Of a stretch of DNA of 24,331 bases, positions 1 through 7,321 are shown one piece after another. A program made the translations under genes and the position numbers. The stretch's first letter is position 1, and each line of letters begins with the position of its first letter. Source of the stretch: a virus (lineage: Duplodnaviria > Heunggongvirae > Uroviricota > Caudoviricetes). The notes under the pieces are model-generated. The model was given only the letters and a program-made list of their open reading frames with translations. It was not told where the DNA came from and did no database searches. The stretch is taken from IMG/VR virus record IMGVR_UViG_3300042946_000144, positions 1-24,331 of that record; one strand, written 5' to 3'.

Positions 1-1810
1 GGAAATTGTTTAAACTAACATCAAATCTAGCAAATTCATTGCTATTCGCTTTGAATACAAGATCTTGAGCATCGTTTGTTCCAATGTAGTTTACATTTTC
101 ATTTGTTCCAGCATTACCTGTAAGTCCCCAACCTGTGCTAGTAGGAATATCAGATAACATTGCAAATGTACCACTTTGATCAGGAAGTGTATATTTTCTA
201 TCTGTAGTTAATGAGTTGTAATTAATTCTAACTTGTTTATTTCCTCCATTTGTAAATACAGTTTGGTTAGGACCGTCTGCTTGAGCAGCTTGTCCAAACA
301 AGTTTACATAGTCATAGTTGTTATTAATACCTGCTTCATATCCAATAGCGTTTACATGATCTCCATTGTTTCCAGTAAGAGAGTTGTACCCGATAGCATT
401 TACAGAAAGTCCATTATTACTAAAACCTGCTGAAGAACCAATAGCAACTACATAAGGTGCAGTGTTACCATATGCTGATTGATTACCCATAGCAACTACT
501 GAAGAACCGCTATTACCATTTGCTGCACTATAACCAATAGCGTCTACATAGTTACCAGAGTTGTTATAAGTAGCATACACTCCAATTCCGTTAACAGACT
601 CACCGCTATTACCATTTGCTGCACCTGTACCAATCGCGTTTACATAATTTCCATCACTGTTAACAGCTGCATTATTACCAATTGCGTTTATATCATTACC
701 TTGTACATTATATGCTGTATTGTATCCAATTGCGTTTATATAATCACCATTTGGTGTTGTCAAATCTGAAGAACCCATTGCATTATCACCAATTGCATTG
801 ATATAGTTTCCTGAGTTAAATCTAGCAGCTTGATTACCAAAAGCATTTACACTATATCTAGTTCCTACCGCATCATTTCCTGCACCAGTTCCTTGATAGT
901 TACGTCCATCAAGTAAATCATGATTGTAGTTAAGAACCTGTTGAAGAGTTGGAGTTGCAACATTATTTGCTATATAACCAGCAACAGCTGCTTGTGTTGG
1001 GAAAAGAACACTAGACGGAGAACCAGAGTTGAACGTAGAATCGTCAGATTTGTTAGCTGAGTTTTCAGGAACAAAACCAAGACCAACGTTTGCAATAGCC
1101 CAGTCAGCATCAGTTGTTGCACCAGCACCGTTTATCAAAGCACGAACACTATATCCGATAAGAACTGCATTACCGTTCATTGTTCCTGCTGTATCTATAT
1201 ACCAAAGATCTCCCTTTTGAATAGCTCCTCCAGATAGGGTGTTTGCTGATGTAGGATAGTTTCCTGTGACTGTAGGATCATAGTTACCATTATCTCTCAA
1301 AAGTCCTGTAGCAACACCATCAACGTAGTCTTTTACAGCTTTGATTGCAGGGTATTTGATTACGCTAGTACCGTCTGTAATAAAGTTTGCTTGTGTTGTA
1401 ACCTTATTTGTTATATCTTCTTTAGCTGTAAGAGCTGTAGAAACAGAGCTTTCTGTAGGATAGAGAACTGTACTTGTACCTAAAGGTCCGTTTGACTTAT
1501 TAGCAACATTTTCCTTTGTAGCCAAATCAGCGTTTACACTCAGTTCTAATGCTGTGATATCTCCTGCTACTTGTATAGATACGTTTGTTATTTCTCCATC
1601 TACATATGTTTTTGCAGCTTTTTGAGATGGGATTAATGTGTCAGAGTTTGCTGTAAAAGTACCATCTATTGAAATTTTGTCATCGTTGATTTTATTATCA
1701 ACAATGTTTTCAAGCATCGTACCAACCCTTGTTGCGGTGTTAGCACCTGTAGCAGTTTCGTTTTTTATAACGCCTGCTTCCGTTAATAATTGCGAATCAT
1801 TCATTGCCAT
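1..1810 (-). CDS. Tail fibre / receptor-binding-like protein, 3'-truncated by the window edge (at least 603 aa); absent from the supplied ORF track
   Basis: Hand translation from ATG at 1808-1810 gives an open frame with no stop down to base 2: MAMNDSQLLTEAGVIKNETATGANTATRVG...GWGLTGNAGTNENVNYIGTNDAQDLVFKANSNEFARFDVSLNNF. It contains twelve 16-aa V/I-N-A-I-G repeats, four xExxxNK...YPxxxAVxxYVD-type repeats, and the motifs PTLQQVL, RKYTLPDQSGTFAMLSDI and WGLTGNAGT...IGTxDAQDLVFK, which I recognise from Bacteroidota tail-fibre-domain proteins. AT-rich leader (ataaaactataaagtc) before the ATG. Confidence 0.88.
   Translation of the reverse strand, partial: MAMNDSQLLTEAGVIKNETATGANTATRVGTMLENIVDNKINDDKISIDGTFTANSDTLIPSQKAAKTYVDGEITNVSIQVAGDITALELSVNADLATKENVANKSNGPLGTSTVLYPTESSVSTALTAKEDITNKVTTQANFITDGTSVIKYPAIKAVKDYVDGVATGLLRDNGNYDPTVTGNYPTSANTLSGGAIQKGDLWYIDTAGTMNGNAVLIGYSVRALINGAGATTDADWAIANVGLGFVPENSANKSDDSTFNSGSPSSVLFPTQAAVAGYIANNVATPTLQQVLNYNHDLLDGRNYQGTGAGNDAVGTRYSVNAFGNQAARFNSGNYINAIGDNAMGSSDLTTPNGDYINAIGYNTAYNVQGNDINAIGNNAAVNSDGNYVNAIGTGAANGNSGESVNGIGVYATYNNSGNYVDAIGYSAANGNSGSSVVAMGNQSAYGNTAPYVVAIGSSAGFSNNGLSVNAIGYNSLTGNNGDHVNAIGYEAGINNNYDYVNLFGQAAQADGPNQTVFTNGGNKQVRINYNSLTTDRKYTLPDQSGTFAMLSDIPTSTGWGLTGNAGTNENVNYIGTNDAQDLVFKANSNEFARFDVSLNNF
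272..856 (-). repeat. Twelve tandem 16-aa repeats (consensus about xYVNAIGxxAxxxNxG), probable beta-roll / YadA-head-like solenoid
   Basis: Units: YSVNAFGNQAARFNSG, NYINAIGDNAMGSSDLTTPNG (5-aa insertion), DYINAIGYNTAYNVQG, NDINAIGNNAAVNSDG, NYVNAIGTGAANGNSG, ESVNGIGVYATYNNSG, NYVDAIGYSAANGNSG, SSVVAMGNQSAYGNTA, PYVVAIGSSAGFSNNG, LSVNAIGYNSLTGNNG, DHVNAIGYEAGINNNY, DYVNLFGQAAQADG. The repeat is seen directly; the fold is inference. Confidence 0.9.
506..624. repeat. Exact 23-nt direct repeat (accgctattaccatttgctgcac) at 506-528 and 602-624
   Basis: The copies are 96 nt apart, exactly two 48-nt repeat units; both encode AANGNSG. Confidence 0.9.
965..1693 (-). repeat. Four dispersed ~30-35 aa repeats in the fibre N-terminal half
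   Basis: aa 40 KINDDKISIDGTFTANSDTLIPSQKAAKTYVDG; aa 99 KENVANKSNGPLGTSTVLYPTESSVSTAL; aa 130 KEDITNKVTTQANFITDGTSVIKYPAIKAVKDYVDG; aa 248 PENSANKSDDSTFNSGSPSSVLFPTQAAVAGYIAN. Confidence 0.8.
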
Positions 1811-1829
1811 GACTTTATAGTTTTATTTA

Positions 1830-2321
1830 TTAGTTAAAAGTTAAATCAAAAGTTTGATCAAATATTCTAGAACCAGAAGGGGAACATCCACAAACAGGAT
1901 TCCAAACTGTATTAATACCTGTTCCAGAAGAGAAGAACATGACATTTGAGTACGTATTTATATACAGTTGACCTATAAATGAAGACTCCATAGTTGGATC
2001 CTCTTCACCAAATATAGGAAGTATTCCATAGATTCTATTATTTATTAAAGTGATCTCTTGATTAATTTGATCAATTTCAACATCAATTCCATCTACTCTC
2101 GTATCTATTTGTTGAATATCTCCAGAAAGTTCAGTGACAGATTCCCCTAAACTTGAAATATTCAAGTTTATAAGTTTCACTGTGTCATCTATGTTTCCTA
2201 GAATTGTGTCTAAATTATCTTTTGGAGAAGCATTTATATTAGAAAGATACTCTCCATTATAAATGACACATACGCTATTTACGTACGTGGCACAGGTTGG
2301 GCAAATTGCAGCTGTTCTCAT
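1830..2321 (-). CDS. Putative proximal tail fibre / fibre adaptor protein (163 aa)
   Basis: ORF track. N-terminal CPTC...CVIYNGEYLSNI...DNLDTILGNID segment, heptad-like stretch (aa ~40-97), GQLYINT..W small domain, C-terminal IFDQTFDLTFN. Lies directly upstream of the fibre gene. Function is inference. Confidence 0.7.
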   Translation of the reverse strand: MRTAAICPTCATYVNSVCVIYNGEYLSNINASPKDNLDTILGNIDDTVKLINLNISSLGESVTELSGDIQQIDTRVDGIDVEIDQINQEITLINNRIYGILPIFGEEDPTMESSFIGQLYINTYSNVMFFSSGTGINTVWNPVCGCSPSGSRIFDQTFDLTFN

Positions 2322-2394
2322 AATGAGTGTAAATTAATTGTTTAGTATGTATTTTCAATGACCTACATTAAATTTTATGACATAATATAGCGAT

Positions 2395-5300
2395 CTATCG
2401 TAGGTTGTTCTCTTTTTGAATTGTGATATCAAACTCTTTAGCAAAGTCAGAATCAAATATAGAGATGTATGTCAGAAGGGACTTTCCAAGAGGAATCATT
2501 CTAGCTCCGTATTTTATAGGCATAGATTTCTGTCTAACTTCATCTGGAGTTTCTGTTTCATCATCCAAATCCATTCCTGTGATTTCTGCAGAAAGGTTAG
2601 ATATAAATCTCTCAATATCGGACATTACAGAAACTGCAGGGAAAACACTACCTGAAAGCACTCTTTGGAACTCTTCAGGGCTATAGAAGAAGCTCACCTC
2701 ACCAATAAACTTATCAATAACCTTTTGGTAATATCTAAATCTATTCTTTGTAGCTCTATCATCATCATCGTCTGGAGCCATAAATCCAAGAGAGAATGAA
2801 GCTCCTAATAAAGAAAGTAGGATGGCTAACTCTTTCATCTGATTTCTTAGATTTGTTCTAACCAAATCAATGAAATCATCCTTTGACATGTTTAGTTCCT
2901 TTCCTGTTTGTTTTCTATACTTCTCTCTGAAGTCTTCATACATTTTATCCAATGCCTCAACACCCCTATCATTCATATTAAGGATGTTCATGACGTTAGA
3001 AGTCTTGTCCTTAATTGATGTTCCTATTACGTAGAACCAGAGTCTCATTCTACCAACGTCATACTTTTCACCTGTAATTGTGCCATCATCCTCAATTCTT
3101 ACAGAAAAATCATCACTAACCTTTCTAAATTCAGAGAAACGTGTATCAATCAGTTTTGGAATCCAGTTTTTGAAAACCATCATGCTTCTGGTCCAAACAG
3201 ACATTTGCATCTTGTTTATGTCTGATTCAGACAAACTACCTGTAACATTTGCAGAAAGTCTTCTTGTTAGGTTTGAAAGTCTTAACATCTCATCCCTATT
3301 TGACATATCCAGTCCTGGGATGACCAACTTACCGTTCTCAAGTTTTTTGGTAGCAGATATTGATTTTGTTCTTTTGAGCTCTTCGATTTCCTCTTCTATC
3401 TTCTTTTGAGTTTCTCTAAATACAGCCGATGAGTTTCCTCTTCCTTTATATTTGTTTTTAACAAAGTCTCTTATGTTTACAATCTTTCCATTATCTACCA
3501 TTACGTTATCCAGAAGAGTTAGAAACATTGTTTTCTCAACGTGTTGCTCTGGTTCTCTCATAAAGAACATTAACATGTCTGAGAAGTTCTGTCTTGTCAA
3601 CCTAGTCATTCCTGCTTTCTTCAAGTTCTCATAGTTAGGATCTTCTTTCAGAGGAAGGAATGCGTCTATTAATTGTACAAACATTTCTCTTTCTTCAGAG
3701 CTTGAGAATCTGTTTCCAACCAACTTTGTCTCATTTGCTAGAAACTCTCTAGCTTTAAAATAGTTTCCAGACTGAGCAGCCACCTGTAAGTTTGCACCAA
3801 ATATATTAATTGCACCTGCCATAAAATCAAGACCAAGTGTCTTAAGTTGGAAAGCTCTATTAGCAGCATCCATTGTTTTTATAAGGGATGTTGCTGAAGG
3901 GTTATCGTTAGGTTTAAACACTTCTCTACCAGTCACCTTATTAACAGCCTTTTTGATAAAATTAGCTACATTTCCAATACCAAGAGGAACGTCTGCATCT
4001 GAAAGAACATACTTCTGTCCATACAGAAGGTTTCTCATAAACTGATCAAACAGCTGTGTATTCTCATCATTTCCTTTTAGTTCCTCAGGTTTTCCGTCAG
4101 CATCAAACACAACATCTCCTGCTCTATTGGTTTTCAAATGGTTCTTGAACTCCTCAACGGTTTTAACAAGTTTAATCTGACCTTCAACCTCAGACATGTA
4201 TTTATACTTCTCCACTTGCTGAATGTACAATATCATGTTCTTGAAAAGATCTTCACTCACCTGAGAGTAGTCATTTACACCAGGAACATCTGTTGCTGAG
4301 AAATCATATGTGTAATATCTAGGAATAGAATTCTCTAATTCACCTGTGATTTCATTAATGCTACCAAGACCAGCATCATCCATTTTCAAATCAAAATTGT
4401 TTGTAAAATTAGATACAGCTGTGGTTCCATAATCCCAAGCAAGAGATTCTGCCATTGTCTTTCTAACAAATGGTAGGAAAACAGAAGACGCTCTATTGCT
4501 TAAATAGTTTACATCTTTTGCTTCTTTGTTAAACTCTGTAATGAAATTGTAAAGATCCATCAAATCTTTGTCATTCATTATAGCCTTATACTCCTTAGAA
4601 AGCCATGTGTCTTTTGGATGTCTTTTGAGGATGTAGTTGTTCCATCCGTTAAAATCATCTCTATCAATATCCCATTTCTTTTTCTCCTGCTCTATCAATC
4701 TCTCTCTGATGTCTTGTTCTTCCTCATCAGTTTCACCATATCTATTCTTCTTGATACGTTCTATTCTTTTCTTCATCATCTCACTTGCCTCAGCTCTATA
4801 TGCATCTAAATCAACGTTCTCTTTAATCCATTCAATATCTCCACCTTTCAGAGCTTTTTCATCAATTGTTTTGTAGAAATCTTTAGAAAACTTCAAAATA
4901 AGTTTGTTGACAATACCACCTTTCTCATCCTTTTGATAGATGGATTGTACAAGTTTTCTAAGATCACCACCTCTTTCAGCAAGTCTTTTTCTAATGTCCA
5001 TCAGACCCTCAACCTTCTTAGATGCTTCCTGGGAAGCAATTGCTCTTGCATTACTTGTAAGTTTTACAAGAATACTCATAGCTGCTGTTGGAAGTTCTGA
5101 TGCACCTCTGAACATTGATGAAAGTCCTTTAACAACAGCTTCTGCACTTAACAGTCCTTTTACAAGGTTTCTTTCTCCAATATGTTTATCTGCAAACTTT
5201 TTATAAGCAATCTCCAAATCAGAATTTGTTTTTCTGATTGCTCTTGATTCCTTAGAAAGGTTAAACAACACTTGCTTTCTGTCAGCAAGAGCTTCTTTCT

Positions 5301-7320
5301 CCTCATCTGTCTTAGCATCTTTCTCCCATTCAGGATTGTAAATCAAGTCACTAAGTACATCATCCACCCTACCAAGAACAGATGCCACTTGCATAAAACT
5401 TCTCATCTCTTCAGCAAAGTCAGAGAGTTGTTTATTGTCAACATCTTTAGATGTAGCAGCCATGTCTTTATAGATCATGTCATAATCATTGATGATGTTA
5501 TCACCTTCTTTTCTCATAACAGTGACCACCTTAATCAATTCTGACATGTTCAATGTTCCTTGGGCCATTCTCATAGCTCTCTTGAGAGTGTTTATTCTCT
5601 CAACCTTAAACTCACGCTCATCCTCATCTGAAACCTCTTCTTTCTGAATTTGTTTTAAAATACCATTCAGTTCAGAAAGGAGTTTATCCAAAGCTTCAAA
5701 TCCTGTAGATTCAGATTTTTCAGAAACAGGAACAAGAGTTAGGTCTGTAATCTTTGTTGTATCTACAGATCCTATTGCTATTCCTTTTAGAGCTAGTGGA
5801 GATTTTGGGTCTGCCTTATCCAATAGTCCAAATTGCATGGATATTGGAATAGCTCTGTTCATACCAAACTCTTTCACTCCATAATTATCTCTCAGTATTT
5901 CCTTATATCTACCAAGCTGAATATTAAAAGCTCCTTGCTTAAACCATGCTATATCATCTCCTTTGATGTGCATGAACTTCCAGTCTATGATGTGTGTCTT
6001 ACCAGAAGGTTCAACCACAAGCATATCGATTGTACCAGCCTCTTTGTTTTTAGAATCATAAATAATCACCTCAGAGAATACAAGTGGAGTTTTACCATCC
6101 TTCGAAAGACTATCTATAAGTTCTACATAATAGTTTTCCAGCATGTCATACATCTGCGTATCTTCTAGATTGAACTTAGAAGGACGAGGATCAGCTTTTT
6201 CTTTTCTTGTACCATCCTTGTTAAAATATCTATCGTGTATTTCTTCAAAGTCTTTATGTCCCTTTACACCAAGAGTTCTTTTAAACTCATTAAACTTCTG
6301 CTCTTCTTTTGTAAACACCTTACCTGGGAACTTTGATCTATACCAAGCCTTCACTCTATCAGTAACCCTCTTAGTGATTCTTTCATATACACCTTCAGCG
6401 TTCTTTGCTTCATACCAGTTATTAGCTTCTTCTGAATCAAGAAGCAGAGGATCTGCTGCCTCTTTACCTTCCACTTTCTTTATACTATCCCTTGTCTCAA
6501 GGATCTTCTGCTGTATGTTTTTCTGTTGGTCAGATAGTTGGAACATCACACCTTCTGAAGCAATATCAGAAACTGTTCCACCAACTTCTCCTTGACTAAC
6601 TATACCAGCAACTTGTTCGAATATAGAGATGTTTGATTTTTTATAAATACCTCTAATCCAATCAGTTATAGCGTTCCACCAACTTCTGATCAAGCTTCTG
6701 TTCTCTTCTTGCATCAGTTCAGGGAACTCTGTAGATCCTTCGCTCTCATTTATAATCAACTCAGCAATCAGTTTATCTACAGCCTCTTTCTTAATCTTAC
6801 GAATATCTGGTTTACCATTAGGAAGCTGATATGCTTTATTGTTCTTATAGGCTTCAAGTGTTTGTTTGTATATCTTGAATCTTTCAATCTTAGCTATCAT
6901 CTCTGTTACCATCTTTGGATTGGTTTGTTCCAAGATGGCTGTAGCTAAATGGACCATTTCCTCTGTAAGGGCAGCATCTTCTTTTCCTTCAGAGACAGCA
7001 ATAACCCCTCTGACAAGATCAGCAACACCACTTGCAGAAGTTACATCTATCTCTGGATGTGCCTTAGCATAGTCTGTAAGTGATTGAATGTCAACACCCA
7101 TCTTCTTAGCAGCTTCTTTCACCTTATTCAAGGTTTCTTCTGAAGCTCTAGATGCAGGCATTTCTTCTATTTGCAACATTATTCCCTTCTCAACATCACC
7201 ATATTCTTCCTGAGGAACAACTCCATCATAACTATCCCATAGGTAGTAGGCAAGATCTTCACCTCTAGCTGCTACAAGATTTTTCCAAGAATCAAGATTT
7301 ACATTAGGACAAGTTGCCAT
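2395..7320 (-). CDS. Large virion cargo / ejection protein (1641 aa) with an N-terminal zincin-like domain and a PD-(D/E)xK nuclease domain
   Basis: ORF track. EEMVH at aa 120-124, G351VKGH, D432, D446WK448, Q468LGRY; long helical C-terminal region; hydrophobic LAILLSLLGASFSLGFMAP near the C-terminus. Coupled to the upstream RNAP gene with a 1-nt gap, as for the large proteins flanking crAss-like virion RNAP genes. Confidence 0.85.
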   Translation of the reverse strand: MATCPNVNLDSWKNLVAARGEDLAYYLWDSYDGVVPQEEYGDVEKGIMLQIEEMPASRASEETLNKVKEAAKKMGVDIQSLTDYAKAHPEIDVTSASGVADLVRGVIAVSEGKEDAALTEEMVHLATAILEQTNPKMVTEMIAKIERFKIYKQTLEAYKNNKAYQLPNGKPDIRKIKKEAVDKLIAELIINESEGSTEFPELMQEENRSLIRSWWNAITDWIRGIYKKSNISIFEQVAGIVSQGEVGGTVSDIASEGVMFQLSDQQKNIQQKILETRDSIKKVEGKEAADPLLLDSEEANNWYEAKNAEGVYERITKRVTDRVKAWYRSKFPGKVFTKEEQKFNEFKRTLGVKGHKDFEEIHDRYFNKDGTRKEKADPRPSKFNLEDTQMYDMLENYYVELIDSLSKDGKTPLVFSEVIIYDSKNKEAGTIDMLVVEPSGKTHIIDWKFMHIKGDDIAWFKQGAFNIQLGRYKEILRDNYGVKEFGMNRAIPISMQFGLLDKADPKSPLALKGIAIGSVDTTKITDLTLVPVSEKSESTGFEALDKLLSELNGILKQIQKEEVSDEDEREFKVERINTLKRAMRMAQGTLNMSELIKVVTVMRKEGDNIINDYDMIYKDMAATSKDVDNKQLSDFAEEMRSFMQVASVLGRVDDVLSDLIYNPEWEKDAKTDEEKEALADRKQVLFNLSKESRAIRKTNSDLEIAYKKFADKHIGERNLVKGLLSAEAVVKGLSSMFRGASELPTAAMSILVKLTSNARAIASQEASKKVEGLMDIRKRLAERGGDLRKLVQSIYQKDEKGGIVNKLILKFSKDFYKTIDEKALKGGDIEWIKENVDLDAYRAEASEMMKKRIERIKKNRYGETDEEEQDIRERLIEQEKKKWDIDRDDFNGWNNYILKRHPKDTWLSKEYKAIMNDKDLMDLYNFITEFNKEAKDVNYLSNRASSVFLPFVRKTMAESLAWDYGTTAVSNFTNNFDLKMDDAGLGSINEITGELENSIPRYYTYDFSATDVPGVNDYSQVSEDLFKNMILYIQQVEKYKYMSEVEGQIKLVKTVEEFKNHLKTNRAGDVVFDADGKPEELKGNDENTQLFDQFMRNLLYGQKYVLSDADVPLGIGNVANFIKKAVNKVTGREVFKPNDNPSATSLIKTMDAANRAFQLKTLGLDFMAGAINIFGANLQVAAQSGNYFKAREFLANETKLVGNRFSSSEEREMFVQLIDAFLPLKEDPNYENLKKAGMTRLTRQNFSDMLMFFMREPEQHVEKTMFLTLLDNVMVDNGKIVNIRDFVKNKYKGRGNSSAVFRETQKKIEEEIEELKRTKSISATKKLENGKLVIPGLDMSNRDEMLRLSNLTRRLSANVTGSLSESDINKMQMSVWTRSMMVFKNWIPKLIDTRFSEFRKVSDDFSVRIEDDGTITGEKYDVGRMRLWFYVIGTSIKDKTSNVMNILNMNDRGVEALDKMYEDFREKYRKQTGKELNMSKDDFIDLVRTNLRNQMKELAILLSLLGASFSLGFMAPDDDDDRATKNRFRYYQKVIDKFIGEVSFFYSPEEFQRVLSGSVFPAVSVMSDIERFISNLSAEITGMDLDDETETPDEVRQKSMPIKYGARMIPLGKSLLTYISIFDSDFAKEFDITIQKENNLR
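5820..6390 (-). other. PD-(D/E)xK (RecB/Cas4-like fold) nuclease domain
   Basis: Ordered motifs GVKGH (6256-6270), SEVIIYD, AGTIDML (D432 at 6025-6027), IIDWK (5977-5991) and QLGRY (5905-5919) match the Gxxx H / E / D / D-x-K / QLxxY pattern of RecB-family nucleases. Boundaries are approximate. Confidence 0.85.
6760..7050 (-). other. Zincin-like domain with EExxH motif
   Basis: ADLVRGVIAVSEGKEDAALTEEMVHLAT (EEMVH at 6949-6963), with downstream EAVDKLIAE (E179 at 6784-6786) at the usual third-ligand position. Boundaries are approximate. Confidence 0.65.
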
Positions 7321-7321
7321 C

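Noticed and set aside
272-856. CRISPR array or diversity-generating retroelement repeat pair
   Set aside because: The repeats are in-frame coding units without unique spacers; no reverse transcriptase or adenine-specific TR/VR pair is present in the window.
2322-2394. Promoter or terminator in the gap before the adaptor gene (ttatgtcataa palindrome, TATATTATG)
   Set aside because: No TAnnTTTG match and only very short AT-rich stems, as expected by chance.
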